From: Ascoidea asiatica JCM 7603
Taxonomy: Eukaryota; Fungi; Ascomycota
Direction of reading: 5' to 3'
DNA length: 64,000 nucleotides
Assembly (NCBI GenBank): GCA_001600695.1
Contig: BCKQ01000005.1
Location: forward strand, 797,820 to 861,819
Part shown: positions 1 through 12,359 of the stretch, one piece after another
Position numbering within the stretch: position 1 is the first letter of the stretch
Layout of the letters: every line of letters begins with the position of its first letter
Made by a program: the position numbers and the translations under genes
Notes under the pieces: model-generated
Seen by the model: only the letters and a program-made list of their open reading frames with translations
Told to the model about the DNA's origin: nothing
Database searches by the model: none

Positions 1-95
<95 letters not shown>
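1..95 (+). repeat. (AAT)n microsatellite encoding poly-Asn in the Caf40 N-terminus
   Basis: Uninterrupted AAT run from 1 to 95, in frame with CAF40. Confidence 0.95.
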
Positions 96-1352
96 CCCAC
101 TACTGCTAGTACTAATACTACTAATAATAATAATTCTATTGAATCAAACAACTTGCATTCTTCTTATTTACAACAAAATCAAAATTCAAATCAAAACTCA
201 AATCAAATTCAAAATCAACAATACATTCCTGTTAGTCAACAACAATTACAAGCTACAATGAGCGCTGCTCAATTAGCTGGCCAACATCAACATCCTCATC
301 AACAACCACAACAACAACAACAACAGCAACATATTCAACGTCCTCCAGTTTCTTCTCAATCTTTAAACCAACCAATAAATCAAACTCCAGTTTCTTTAAA
401 CTCAAATATCATCACCGCCAATACTAATTCAAATAATTTAAATAATATTAATAACATCCCTAATAAATCTAACATTCAACCTCAATCTCAAATTCAATCT
501 CAAGGTCAAATTCAAGGTCAAGCTCCTATTAGAGCTTTAGATGATAAAAATGTTTATAATTGGATAATTGAATTTACATATGGTCCAAATAAAGAACAAG
601 CTTTATTAGAATTAGGTAAAACAAGAGAAAGATATGAAGATTTAGCTTTAGTTTTATGGTATTCATATGGTGTAATGGCTTCTTTATTAGATGAAATTAT
701 ATCTGTTTATCCTTTATTAGATCCTCCAACTTTATCTCCTTCAAGTTCAAATAGAGTTTGTAATGCTTTAGCTTTATTACAATGTGTTGCTTCTCATCCA
801 GAAACAAGAAATTTATTTTTAGATGCTGATTTACCTTTATTTTTATATCCTTTTTTAAATACTCAATCAAAATCAAGATCTTTTGAATATTTAAGATTAA
901 CTTCTTTAGGTGTAATTGGTGCTTTAGTTAAAAATGATTCTCCAAAAGTTATTTCATTTTTATTAAATACTGAAATCATTCCATTATGTTTAAAAATCAT
1001 GGAATATTCAACTGAATTATCAAAAACTGTTGCAATTTTTATTGTTCAAAAAATTTTGTTAGATGATAATGGTTTAGAATATGTTTGCCAAACAATGGAA
1101 AGATTTACTGCTGTTAGTGCTGTTTTAAAAATTATGGTTGAACAATTAGTTAAACATCAAACTGTTAGATTATTAAAACATGTTGTTAGATGTTATCTAA
1201 GATTATCTGATAATCCAAGTGCAAGAAAAGCTCTTTCAAAATGTTTACCAGAACCTTTACGTGATGCAACTTTTAGTATGATTTTAAGAGATGATACAAA
1301 TACAAAAAGATGTTTAAGTCAATTACTTTTGAATATAAATGATAATCGTTAA
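3..1352 (+). CDS. CAF40: CCR4-NOT subunit Caf40/Rcd1/CNOT9, 5'-partial (frame open to the window edge)
   Basis: Rcd1 ARM-domain motifs: [64 protein letters not shown]. The frame is stop-free from position 3 (31 AAT codons, then PTTAS...), so the track's TTG at 153 is not the real start. Confidence 0.95.
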
Positions 1353-2270
1353 CATTTATTCTACTGTTTGATTTAGTTTTTTTTCTAGAAAAAAAAAAAA
1401 ATTTACTTTATTTACATTACATTGTTTTTTGCATGCATCATTATTTAAAGATTATGCGTCTTTATCTTACAAAATTTTTCAAACGTATTTTCAAAAAAAA
1501 TTTAAAGAATTAACTTTTTTTTTCATATCATTCTTAATTCTCCAATTTTATAACTTCTTGGTTGTTTTTTTTGGGTCTTTTTTATATCTTTTTCTGTCAT
1601 AATTTTATGGTCAAAAAAAAGTAAAATCCTCCAAAAATGTTGAATTCCTATCTCAAATTCAAAAAATAAAAAAAAAAAAATTCAAATAAAGTGTAATAAT
1701 TATTTTTTTTTTTTAAAAATGAAATACCAATGGGCAACAAAAAAAAAAAAAAACAATTTACTTCATATTGATTTTCCTTTTATTACTTCATATGTATCAT
1801 ATATATATTTTTTTTTTGATTTTTCTTCCTAATGGTATTAGCTTACTTTATATTCTCAAGTTCTTCATAGACATATTATTATCTCTCTTTTGTTTAATTT
1901 TTCATGAAATTATTAATTTTCAATAATTTAATACTTTTTTTTTTATTCTTTTAGTTTATTTTAATTTTAAAAATTGCTCTGATTTTATTTTACTTAAAAA
2001 TGAACTCTTTTATGATTCTTTCATTCTTTTATGTTTAACTTTAATTATTTTATATCCTCATTGGATTTTGTTTTGTAACTAGTTATCGTTTTTCAAAAAA
2101 GCTAAAAATTAATACATATTTTTTTAATATACATCTATGAATTGCATTAAACTTAAATTTAAAATTATTTGTATTTTTTTTTGTGATTAAATTTTATGAA
2201 TCAAATCTGTCAATTGAGTGTATGGTAAATAATAATAAAAGAAATATATATGAAGTAAAACTATATCAAT

Positions 2271-5099
2271 CTAAGCGATACCATTGATAATGACATCAGA
2301 TAATTTATAAGAGTCAGCTCTAATTGCAGCTTTGGCAACAACCCCATCTCTAGAATTAACAACCAACTTAATAACTGCAGCAACTTTTTCTCCATTAACG
2401 CATTTACCAAATAATTTTAAAATATGATTATGAGCATCTTTTTCTATAGATTGAGTTCCTTCCATTGCAGCCATAGAAAGATTATCAACTAATTTATTCA
2501 CAACTTCACTTAAATCGTTAGTTGGACTTGAATCACTTAAACTAAAAGTAGAAACAGATTCATTTTCACTTGGAAGTTCATCCCAAGTTTTTTGAAAATT
2601 ACTGATAAAAGATGGAACAATAAAATCGCCTGGAATAATATCCATATCTTCAATTTGATATTCATCCAAGAACCCTTCATCATCATCTTCAGGCTCTCCA
2701 GTCTTAGGATCAACATCAAGAGAAGTAAATGATAAAGTATTACTGAAAGATTCAGAAATGATATCAAATCCTTCTTCATCCACTGGTCTTTTAAAAGAAA
2801 CATATATAATTCCTTCAGATTCTGGAGATAATTTTTCAATTGGTAAAATGAATTCTTCCTCATAATATTCATTTGCTGGAATTGAAAGAACAGATACCAT
2901 TTTTAATTCTATTGATGGTAAAGTATTCTTAACATTAAATTGTAATAGTAAATGATCTTTGAATATATGTTTAACACAAGAAACAACAAATTCAGTTTCT
3001 TTTTCAGTAAGTTCAACAATAGAAGATGAATGCAATATTGGCCCATGATCTGATAATTCCTCTATTGCAGAAATTTCTTCGATATACTTCTGTTGCATCA
3101 TATTGTTTTCTGTAACTTTATTAGAACTTACAGATTCTTTATTAGAATTAGATGTTGTATTAGAAGTTGAATTTTTAGAATTACTTTCACCAGATTCAAT
3201 AGTTGAAGCTGAAGTTTTATTTTGAAATTGTTCAGCTTTGAATTCTTCTACAGTAAGTTCAGGAACTGAAGAAATATCAAAAGGATCATCAAAAGAACCA
3301 TTTGAAATATATGAAGCTAATTTTTGTTCTAAAACTGGAAATGAATATATTTTTGAGGGCCTTATAAAATCAGAAATGACAGTTATATTTGCTTCTCCAG
3401 TGTCAGCTGATTTTAATAATCTTAAAGCAATAGAAGCTCTATCTCTTACCTCATCATCAGGATCAGAAAGACATCTATTAAGTAAAATTTCAATTGATTT
3501 TCTAATAGTAATATCATCTGTTAAACCAAATTTTGATAGAGCAGTAACAGCAGTAGATCTAACAATTGAATTTTCTAAAACAACTCTATTATAAATATGT
3601 CTAATATAAAGAGTTGGATTTTTAGTTTTTGGACCTTCTTGTCCTAATAAATGTAAAATTCTTACAGCTAATTCTGTAAATTCACAATCTTCAATAAACT
3701 CACATAAATTTTCAAGAGCAGAATCTCTTGATTCCGGAATAAAATGAATCATATCAAATAAAGCTTCAACAACAGCATTTTTGAAAGTAAAACCACCATC
3801 ATCTCTTAAAATTTCGGATAAAAATGATAACATTGATTTATATTTATCAGGGAATTTTAAAGATAAATTTCTAATAGCATCAATTACAACAATTTTAAAT
3901 TCATCAGAAATATCATTCATAAAAGTTGAAATTGTTTTAATAAGTCTATCAACGGTATCAGTTGAACCAGTTTTTAATAAAGTTGTTATAGCATAGGTAG
4001 CAATTGATCTATTTGAATCAGATATTAAACCTTCCAATTCAACATTACAACTCATAATTTTTTCAGGATTTTTCATTGCAATTTTATTTAAAATTCTTAC
4101 AGCTGCAAATCTAGTTACAGTTCTTGGAATTGAAAGTAATTCCTGTAAAGTTGAAACAGCAGATTGATGTTGAACATTTGTAAAAGTTGAAATTGAAAGA
4201 ATGGATTTTGCAGCTTCTAATTCAACCATATCAGATCTATGTTTTAAGAAATTTTGTAAAATTGGAAATAAATTATTTGATAAATGATTATCATTTGAAT
4301 CTTTAATAATTTTAGTAATATATTTAATTAATTGAACAATTGCTAAAGAATTTTTTAATGGAGAATTTATACCACTTAAACTTTGAATCATTTTCATCAA
4401 AGCCATTTGATCATTATTTTTTAAGATATAAAGTAAACCTAAAGCATGATATTGAGTGAAATAAGTTGAAGATGGAGTTGAAGTATATAAATCTTGATAT
4501 GAAGAATTATTCGAATTACGAAATTGATTTGTTGGAAAGAATTTTTGAGCATAAACGGCTTCTTGAGTTTCATTTGTCCAACGTTTAACAACATCTTTTG
4601 CAGCTGGAATTAAATGATAAGAAGAAACTAAAGCAGCAGTTGAAATATTTGGATTTTTATCAACAATACAATTTTTAAATAATCTTTCAGTTGCTTGAAC
4701 GGTTGAAGCATCAAGAACTCGACTTAAAGTTCTAATTGCATTTGGTTTAAATATTAAATCACCATTTTGAATATCTTTCATTATAGAAGAAGTTACCATT
4801 AAAACATCATCAGATATTGTAGCTAATTCTTTAATTGCAAGATAAACCATTTGTCTTAAAGATGATGATTTATGCTGAAATAATTTAGAGATTGAGAAGA
4901 AAAGAGTAGTGGCTTCTTGAGTTGGAAATGTTTCACCAGAATATAATAATCTCATTAATCTTGATAATAATAATCTACATTTTCTAGCATCAACAGGGGA
5001 AGCATTGAAAGCAGATAAACAATCTTGAAAGATTGTCATTTTATCAGGTAAAGCCCCTGAATCAGTGTCTTCAAACTTCTTATAAGTAAGAGCAGACAT
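2271..5099 (-). CDS. SEC21: Coatomer gamma subunit (gamma-COP)
   Basis: 942 aa. MSALTYKK start, LRQMVYLAIKEL, LCEFIEDCEFTELAVRILHLLG, YIRHIYNRVVLEN, DPDDEVRDRA, appendage ELTEKETEFVVSCVKH. Confidence 0.97.
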   Translation of the reverse strand: MSALTYKKFEDTDSGALPDKMTIFQDCLSAFNASPVDARKCRLLLSRLMRLLYSGETFPTQEATTLFFSISKLFQHKSSSLRQMVYLAIKELATISDDVLMVTSSIMKDIQNGDLIFKPNAIRTLSRVLDASTVQATERLFKNCIVDKNPNISTAALVSSYHLIPAAKDVVKRWTNETQEAVYAQKFFPTNQFRNSNNSSYQDLYTSTPSSTYFTQYHALGLLYILKNNDQMALMKMIQSLSGINSPLKNSLAIVQLIKYITKIIKDSNDNHLSNNLFPILQNFLKHRSDMVELEAAKSILSISTFTNVQHQSAVSTLQELLSIPRTVTRFAAVRILNKIAMKNPEKIMSCNVELEGLISDSNRSIATYAITTLLKTGSTDTVDRLIKTISTFMNDISDEFKIVVIDAIRNLSLKFPDKYKSMLSFLSEILRDDGGFTFKNAVVEALFDMIHFIPESRDSALENLCEFIEDCEFTELAVRILHLLGQEGPKTKNPTLYIRHIYNRVVLENSIVRSTAVTALSKFGLTDDITIRKSIEILLNRCLSDPDDEVRDRASIALRLLKSADTGEANITVISDFIRPSKIYSFPVLEQKLASYISNGSFDDPFDISSVPELTVEEFKAEQFQNKTSASTIESGESNSKNSTSNTTSNSNKESVSSNKVTENNMMQQKYIEEISAIEELSDHGPILHSSSIVELTEKETEFVVSCVKHIFKDHLLLQFNVKNTLPSIELKMVSVLSIPANEYYEEEFILPIEKLSPESEGIIYVSFKRPVDEEGFDIISESFSNTLSFTSLDVDPKTGEPEDDDEGFLDEYQIEDMDIIPGDFIVPSFISNFQKTWDELPSENESVSTFSLSDSSPTNDLSEVVNKLVDNLSMAAMEGTQSIEKDAHNHILKLFGKCVNGEKVAAVIKLVVNSRDGVVAKAAIRADSYKLSDVIINGIA

Positions 5100-5636
5100 T
5101 TTTAATATAATTGAAATTGAAGCAAAACCAAGACAAGTCCAATTGATTATGAAATCTTTGAATTATATTAAAATTCAACTAAATATTTCAATTCTTTATA
5201 TTCTCTTTATAATTAATCATCCAAAATCAATCAATACTTTTTCCAAACAACAAACAGCTTCTTCAAATTGATAGATACACTCTCTTCATTAAGGTAACAC
5301 GGTAATTCAACTGAAACTTGTTCAATTATAATCAAAGTTACCCGGAAACAAAACCGCGCGCGTTATGGCGTGCTTAAATGTCAAACGCAGTTTCGCGTTA
5401 TTGAAAAAATGCTTTACAATACTTATGCGCTAAATCTGCGCTGAAAATTGAAAAAAAAGACGCAAAAGAGAAATTTCTCATGAAAGTTCATTTTTGGAGG
5501 GTATTTTGCTATTTTTTAAAAATAGGCGTTTTGAAGAGACCCGGTGAAGTGGACTCAACATAGATCCAGAGTTAATCAGGTGAGTAAACCTTTGTGAATT
5601 TTTATTGAATTGAAAGAAGACATTCATTCTTACTGA

Positions 5637-5648
5637 GAAAAATTTCAG
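5637..5648. promoter_or_regulatory. RRPE-like element in the SEC21/OLA1 divergent promoter
   Basis: GAAAAATTTCAG (reverse complement contains TGAAATTTTT) about 260 bp upstream of OLA1; matches the ribosome-biogenesis RRPE consensus. Confidence 0.4.
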
Positions 5649-5903
5649 CCGTTTTTTTGATGATTTTGCTAAAGTAACGTGAAGGATTTGTATGAACAAA
5701 TAGTCAAGTAATTTCAATTACACTTATAAAATTAATAAACTAAAATAATAATAAGGAAGTAATTATCTAAGTAACCATTTAGTTATTGATCGTAATTCAT
5801 TTCATATCTTAAATTAATCAATAAGTTTTGTTCATCAATTTAAACCTAATCTTTTCAATCAAATAATTTTTTAATCTCAAATTAAGTTATCAATCAATCA
5901 ATC

Positions 5904-7088
5904 ATGGCTCCAAAGAAACAAGTTGAAGAGAAAAAACTTCTTTTAGGTCGTCCAGGTAATAATTTAAAATCTGGAATTGTTGGTCTTGCAAATGTTGGTA
6001 AATCAACTTTTTTTCAAGCAATTACAAGATGTCCACTTGGTAATCCTGCAAATTATCCTTTTGCTACAATTGATCCTGAAGAAGCAAGAGTTATTGTACC
6101 ATCTCCAAGATTACATACCGTTTTTGATATTTATAAACCAAAAAAAGAAGTTCCTGCTTATATCACTGTTTATGATATTGCTGGTTTAACTAAAGGTGCA
6201 AGTGCTGGTGAAGGTTTAGGTAATGCTTTTCTTTCTCATATTAGAGCCGTTGATGCCATTTATCAAGTAGTTAGATGTTTTGATGATGCTGAAATTATTC
6301 ATATTGAAGGTGATGTGAACCCTGTAAGAGATTTAGAAATTATTTCAAATGAATTAAGATTAAAAGATATTGAATTTTCTCAAAAGTATTTAGAAGGTGT
6401 TGAAAAATTAGCAAAAAGAGGTGGACAATCTCTTGAAATCAAACAAAAAAAAGATGAAGCAATATTAGTTAAAAGAATAATTAAATTATTAGAAGATGGT
6501 CAAAGAGTTGCAAATCAAACTTGGACTTCAAAAGAAATTGAAGTTATTAATAAAATGCAATTATTAACTGCAAAAGCTTCAATATATTTAATTAATTTAT
6601 CTGAAAAAGATTATATTAGAAAGAAAAATAAGCATTTAAGACATATTAAAGAATGGGTTGATAAATATTCTCCTGGTGATGTTATAATCCCATTTTCTGT
6701 TTGTTTAGAAGAAAGATTATCTCATATGGAAACTGATGAAGAAAGAGAAGAAGAATTAAAGAGAATTGGTACTCAAAGTGCTTTACCAAAAATTATTACA
6801 GTTATGAGACAAAAATTAGATTTAATTTCATATTTTACTTGTGGTCCACAAGAAGTACGTGAATGGACAATTAGAAGAGGTACAAAAGCTCCTCAAGCTG
6901 CTGCTGTTATACATAATGATTTAATGAATACTTTTATCTTAGCTCATATTACTAAATATGCAGATATTCTTGAATATAAGGATGAAGCTGCTGTTAAAGC
7001 CGCTGGTAAAGTTCTTCAAAAAGGTAAAGATTATGTTGTTGAAGATGGTGATATTATTTATTTTAGAGCCGGTGCCGGTAAAAATTGA
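5904..7088 (+). CDS. OLA1: Obg-like ATPase (YchF family)
   Basis: GIVGLANVGKST P-loop, NYPFATIDP, DIAGL, GEGLGNAFLSHI, C-terminal GKDYVVEDGDIIYF; 394 aa. Confidence 0.97.
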   Translation: MAPKKQVEEKKLLLGRPGNNLKSGIVGLANVGKSTFFQAITRCPLGNPANYPFATIDPEEARVIVPSPRLHTVFDIYKPKKEVPAYITVYDIAGLTKGASAGEGLGNAFLSHIRAVDAIYQVVRCFDDAEIIHIEGDVNPVRDLEIISNELRLKDIEFSQKYLEGVEKLAKRGGQSLEIKQKKDEAILVKRIIKLLEDGQRVANQTWTSKEIEVINKMQLLTAKASIYLINLSEKDYIRKKNKHLRHIKEWVDKYSPGDVIIPFSVCLEERLSHMETDEEREEELKRIGTQSALPKIITVMRQKLDLISYFTCGPQEVREWTIRRGTKAPQAAAVIHNDLMNTFILAHITKYADILEYKDEAAVKAAGKVLQKGKDYVVEDGDIIYFRAGAGKN

Positions 7089-7173
7089 TTTCATTTTTTA
7101 AATTCATCTATTCAAAAGTATAAAAAATTATATAAAAATTGTATCTATGTATATATATATAATATGATAATAA

Positions 7174-8262
7174 TTATGATTTAAATAAAGAAGCCCTTAT
7201 TAAAGCTAAATATTTTTCTCTATGAGCTTTGAATTTACTTTCAATGGAATTTGAATTTTCTTTATCTAATAAAAGAAAAGAAATATTATCAAAAAATTCC
7301 AATTCTGGATTTAAATTGTCATTACTATTATGTTGAGTATCAAAAATATAATCCATTATATTTTTTAAATTCAATATAGCTTTTGAATAAACAGCAAAAT
7401 TTATATGCTCAATATCATTTTGATAATATTGGTTACTATTGTTATTACAATTATTTTCATTTTCAGTTTCATTTTCATTACTTTTGAAATAAAATGCTAG
7501 GAAAGAATAAGAACTAGACTGAGAATCTTCACGTACAAATAACTGATCAGGATTTAATAGAGAAAATTCTTTTAAAGATAAGTAAGTTTTTAACATTTTT
7601 GCAAAAAAAGTTCTTTTTTGAGAAATTGGAAAAGATTTAAAATTTAAAATTAAATTTTGAAATGGAGAAATTTCAGATATTTCGGAAATTGGAATGATTA
7701 TAATATTATAAGTTTTTCTATTCCAAATAGTTTTACTCAAATGTTCTAAATCTGAAATAACATAATCATGTTTCAAGAAATTACCTAAATTTAAATCAAA
7801 ATCATCATTTTCATTACTTTCATAAACTATTAACCAAGTTTCAAAAGAATTAAATGAATCATAAGCTTTATATAAAGAATAATCCGAGCGAAAAGTTTGA
7901 AAGAAATTAATTTTTTTTAAATTAGTGAATCTGTTAAATAGAGAATCAATTTCATTTAGAAATATATTATCATCAGTATTTTCTTTTGAAATATTTAAGT
8001 TTACTTTTTCATTATTATTGTTACTGAAAGTAATAATTTTATTCTTATTGATATTATTATCATTAAAATCAGAAGTTGAAGTAGCTTGAGTTTGATTTGA
8101 AGATTGTGTGTTCAAATCTTTTACAAAAATTGAACCGGAACCATTAGTTGAAGAAGAACCAGAAGAAAATGATCTAGAATGTGAATTTGATTCAGTATTT
8201 TTATTTTTAAAACCTTTGATTTTATTTCTTCTAATCTTGTTTGAAATTCTATTGAAAACCAT
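7174..8262 (-). CDS. Hypothetical protein, 362 aa
   Basis: Long ATG-started ORF with A-rich start context in AT-rich DNA. Basic/Ser-rich N-terminus followed by a globular-looking region; family not recognised. Confidence 0.75.
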   Translation of the reverse strand: MVFNRISNKIRRNKIKGFKNKNTESNSHSRSFSSGSSSTNGSGSIFVKDLNTQSSNQTQATSTSDFNDNNINKNKIITFSNNNNEKVNLNISKENTDDNIFLNEIDSLFNRFTNLKKINFFQTFRSDYSLYKAYDSFNSFETWLIVYESNENDDFDLNLGNFLKHDYVISDLEHLSKTIWNRKTYNIIIIPISEISEISPFQNLILNFKSFPISQKRTFFAKMLKTYLSLKEFSLLNPDQLFVREDSQSSSYSFLAFYFKSNENETENENNCNNNSNQYYQNDIEHINFAVYSKAILNLKNIMDYIFDTQHNSNDNLNPELEFFDNISFLLLDKENSNSIESKFKAHREKYLALIRASLFKS

Positions 8263-9232
8263 TTTTTTAACAAAAAAAAGTTATATATGTTTGTTTAGGA
8301 AAAATAAAAATTAGTTTGTTGATAAAGGAAAAGAAAATAATAAGCTTATATAAAAAGAGAAGAAAAAAAAACAGGAATTGAGATTATATATATGAAATAA
8401 TACTGTAATCATATTGTTAATAATTCAATTTTATTTTCTGTTTAGATTCAACTTTATATTGCTCGAGATCTTTTTTTGTTAAAGGAAAGGTTTAAATACC
8501 AAGAAAAAAAGTAAAATCTATACCAAGATGAGCTGAGTACCTCGTTCCTTTTGAAAAATTTGAGTATACTATTGGATGTTTTTTACCGAGCTAAATAGGT
8601 TTTCCTGTCATTCATTCTTATCTTTTTCTGTATTAAATGAATGTTCTTTTATTCATAAATGTTGTTCTATCTAGTATTCCTTCTATTCAGAATTTCTTCT
8701 ATTCCAGAAACCATAAATCCTAAATGATAAAGCCAAACTCTAAATCCTCCACAGTGAAATCATCAAGCGTAACCGAGGATTTCTCTCAAAGCCGACTTAC
8801 GACGTGAGCTTTTACGACCTGTTAGATTACGAGCTGGCAACTTGCGAGCTGGCCCGGATAAAGTAGCGGAAATATGCGGATATACGGATTATGTAATTAA
8901 TAAGCTAATTAAAAAAGAATGGAGACCATACATAAGGGTCTGACACAAGACCTTTTTCAAATACTTCCTGTTTCGGGTTCAGGAACAATAATGGGGTTAC
9001 CCAGAAAATAAATGCTATTCTCAATGTTTTTGTTTCTTGATTTTGAAAGAGAGATAGTAGAATAAGTTATCAAAATAAACAAACTCAGAATAGTAAACTA
9101 TGAGAAAGTGATTTGTTTCGATAATATTCATTAATTATTTATGGAGTGCTAGTAATTATAATCTATAAAAAAATCTTCCTTTGATTCAATCTTTTCCTTT
9201 TTTTTCAACAATTTTTTTCAATTTGCTAAACA

Positions 9233-10681
9233 ATGAATACTGGAGATGTTCCTGATATTCCAGGTGAAAAATTACCTGAACAAATTGAACAGATGTTGAA
9301 ATTTCAAGTTAAAAAAATATTAAATTTATCAAATTTTAATTTTCCTGGAAGTCAACCTGTTAGTTTTGAAAGAAAACATATAACTGAAAGATTAATGAAA
9401 TATAATTATTTTGTTTGTGAAAAGTCTGATGGTTTAAGATGTTTAATGTTAATTTTATTTGAAAATAATGAAGAAGGTGTATTTTTAATAACAAGAAAAA
9501 ATGAATATTTTAGAATACTTAATATTCATTTTCCCCTTGATCCAAATGATCCAAAAACTTTTCATAATGGTACTATAGTTGATGGTGAATTAGTTTTCAA
9601 TGATAATCATCAAATGGAATTTTTAATATTTGATTGTCTTACAATTAATGGTAAAAATATAACTTCAAAACCATTAGAATCAAGACTTGGGTATGCTAAT
9701 AAATGTTTAATATCACCTAATGTACCTTTTAGAAAATTAGAGAAAAAATTAGTTGAAACTTATCCATTTTCAATAAAATTAAAAAAATTTTTTTTTGGTA
9801 ATCAAATTCAAGAAGCTTTTGATTCAATGAAAAATTTATCACATAAATCTGATGGTTTAATTTTTACATGTTGTAGTTCATCATATATTCAAAATACTGA
9901 TCAAACTTTATTGAAATGGAAACCTGCTGAAGAAAATACAATTGATTTTAAAATCAAATTAAATTTTAAATTATTTATTGATAATGATATTACTGATAAA
10001 AATGATCCAAATAGACAATATTTAGATTATGATTCAAAACCAAGTATAGATTTATTAGTTTGGGTAACAAATGATAAAGAAAATTATCAACATTTTGGTA
10101 AATTATCAATTACTGATGATGAATGGAATAAATTAAAATCTTTAAATGAACCTTTAAATGGTAGAATTGTTGAAGCAAGAAAAACAAAAATTGGAGCTTG
10201 GACAATGGTAAGATTTAGAGATGATAAACCTAATGGTAATCATATTACTGTTGTTACAAAAGTATTGAAATCAATAAGTGATGGTGTAACTAAAGAAGAA
10301 TTATTATCATTTCAAGATGAAATTAGAAGAAAAAGAAAAGAAAGAGAAGAAAAACAAAAAATGTTAGCTCATCATCCAGTACGCCCTGTTTCTCAATCTC
10401 AGCCCCCAAATCAGCCTCAACATCAATTACAACATAAACCTCAACCAATTCCTCCTGCAACTCATTCAAATTTAAATCAAAAAAGGCCTGTTTCTAGTGT
10501 AACTGGAGAAAAAGATATACCAGGCTATGAAGATGAAGAAGATGATGAAGATGAAGAAGATGATAATCATGAAAATGATGATAAACATAAAGTTAAAGAA
10601 GAAGAAGAAGGACAAAATGTGGACGATAATGTGAAAATGAGTGATGAAAAACAAGACTTTAAACGACAAAAACTTTCTTGA
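9233..10681 (+). CDS. CEG1: mRNA capping enzyme alpha subunit (guanylyltransferase)
   Basis: FPGSQPVSF, motif I EKSDG, TIVDGELV, FLIFD, SDGLIF, LLKWKP-ENTIDF, RFRDDK--GN. Confidence 0.97.
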   Translation: MNTGDVPDIPGEKLPEQIEQMLKFQVKKILNLSNFNFPGSQPVSFERKHITERLMKYNYFVCEKSDGLRCLMLILFENNEEGVFLITRKNEYFRILNIHFPLDPNDPKTFHNGTIVDGELVFNDNHQMEFLIFDCLTINGKNITSKPLESRLGYANKCLISPNVPFRKLEKKLVETYPFSIKLKKFFFGNQIQEAFDSMKNLSHKSDGLIFTCCSSSYIQNTDQTLLKWKPAEENTIDFKIKLNFKLFIDNDITDKNDPNRQYLDYDSKPSIDLLVWVTNDKENYQHFGKLSITDDEWNKLKSLNEPLNGRIVEARKTKIGAWTMVRFRDDKPNGNHITVVTKVLKSISDGVTKEELLSFQDEIRRKRKEREEKQKMLAHHPVRPVSQSQPPNQPQHQLQHKPQPIPPATHSNLNQKRPVSSVTGEKDIPGYEDEEDDEDEEDDNHENDDKHKVKEEEEGQNVDDNVKMSDEKQDFKRQKLS

Positions 10682-10703
10682 AAATATTAAATATTGACTA
10701 TTT

Positions 10704-10751
10704 ACTATTGCATATTGCATGTTGCATATTGAATATTGCATATTGAATATT
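10704..10751 (+). repeat. Degenerate 7-bp tandem repeat (ATATTGC/ATATTGA) in the CEG1 3' region
   Basis: tattgc atattgc atgttgc atattga atattgc atattga atatt. Confidence 0.7.
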
Positions 10752-11063
10752 AATTATCGAACATTAAAATTTAAACTATCAAAGACCATCTCATATTATA
10801 TTATATTATATTAAATTATATTAAATTACAGAAAAAAAAAATAAAAAAGGAAAATCCCAAAAAAAAAAAATGGAAATCAAATATCAATAAGGATGGATGG
10901 GCTTATGAAAATTTAATATAAAGGTAGAGAGTTATTTACAGTTTTTTTAATTTTTTTTTATTGCTTTTCCTCTTGGTTTCTGATAAATTAAAAAAAGAAA
11001 AAAAATTTAAAGGAAATAAGAATTGATTCATTTACAGAAGGATAATAATAGAAATAGAAAAAT

Positions 11064-12137
11064 TTAATTATCAAGGGAAAGATTACTTTTAAAACTTGGT
11101 AAAGTTTTTTTATCTTTTGGTTCAAATTCTTCATAAGCTAATTTTTTTAAATTTTTTTCTTGATCTGGAGTTAATAAAGAAACAACTTCATCAGGAGAAA
11201 CAAAAAAAAATTTACCAAAACCAAATTCTCTATCAGACAATTTACTTAATACATAAATATTCATTCTAACATATTTAACCATTGCTTCTAAATGTAAATA
11301 ATCAATATCAGTTTTACCATTAAATAAATTTCTCCATAAAGCATAAGCTAAAGTTAAATCATCAGTTATAAAAGCTTCATCATAAGCTAAAACAGCACCT
11401 CTTAATTGATTATTAAATTCTTTTAAATATTGATCTCTTAATCTACCAGAATTTACATTCATTTCATCAGTTAATCTTAACTCAATATCTCTAAAAGTTC
11501 TATCAACTAATTTTTGTTGATAATTTTTACCATATTTAAATGGCATTTGTCTCATTCTAATAAATAACATCCATTCATGTAAGATTGTAATTTGAAACCA
11601 AGTTGAAAAAGTCATTGGTAATGATAAAGTTTTATAATAAAATTTTGAAATTGAATTTAAATTTTCATTTTTATAATGTAAACCTTGAATTTTACACATT
11701 GCATAATATTTTGAACCTGCAATAGGACCAGCTCTAATTTTATCCATATCTAAATTAAAAATTGAAATTACAGCTTCACCAATTGATTCTTTCCATTTTG
11801 GTAAATTATATGAAGGTTTTTCATAAATTGAATTTGAAAGTAATGGTCTTTTTTTAATTGGAATTTTTGATTCTGGATCTAAGTTTTCATTTTTTGAATT
11901 TAATTTTACTTTTGAATTTGAATTCGAATTTAAGTTTGAATCCAAATTTATTTTTGTAGATTCATGAATTGGTAAACTTGATAATGAAGCTAACTGAGAC
12001 GGAGAAAGCATTATATCTTCATTATTTTGAATACTTTTAGTTTTTATTATTTTTGAATTATGAAAATATCTTGCATTTTTAATTAAATTTTTACTTGAGA
12101 TTGAACTTGTAGTCAATCTTAGAGATTTAGGAAACAT
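11064..12137 (-). CDS. CBP3: Mitochondrial cytochrome b translation/assembly chaperone Cbp3
   Basis: LDMDKIRAGPIAGSKYY, TFSTWFQITILHEWMLFIRMR, QLRGAVLAYDE, LAYALWRNLF. First ATG at 12137 gives a basic, Ser-rich presequence (MFPKSLRLTTSS). Confidence 0.95.
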   Translation of the reverse strand: MFPKSLRLTTSSISSKNLIKNARYFHNSKIIKTKSIQNNEDIMLSPSQLASLSSLPIHESTKINLDSNLNSNSNSKVKLNSKNENLDPESKIPIKKRPLLSNSIYEKPSYNLPKWKESIGEAVISIFNLDMDKIRAGPIAGSKYYAMCKIQGLHYKNENLNSISKFYYKTLSLPMTFSTWFQITILHEWMLFIRMRQMPFKYGKNYQQKLVDRTFRDIELRLTDEMNVNSGRLRDQYLKEFNNQLRGAVLAYDEAFITDDLTLAYALWRNLFNGKTDIDYLHLEAMVKYVRMNIYVLSKLSDREFGFGKFFFVSPDEVVSLLTPDQEKNLKKLAYEEFEPKDKKTLPSFKSNLSLDN

Positions 12138-12359
12138 ATCGGATATATTATTAATTTGATTAAGGATATTTGACTTCAAATATAAATTGAGAACTATCAA
12201 ATATAAAATAAAATATTGATTTGATTCTTTTTGATTAATATCTAATTTTTTACCATTTTATTAATTCCATTTATTTTCCATTTACTTTCCATTTACCTGT
12301 AGTTTTGGTGGTGGAGAGTAACATTACTTTACTTGAAGAATAAAAGATTAAATACAACG

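Noticed and set aside
7780-7870. Calling the 362-aa orphan RGI1
   Set aside because: Similarity is confined to about 25 residues; the Rgi1 YYPPF and HLHQHIEKHLL motifs are absent and the length differs.
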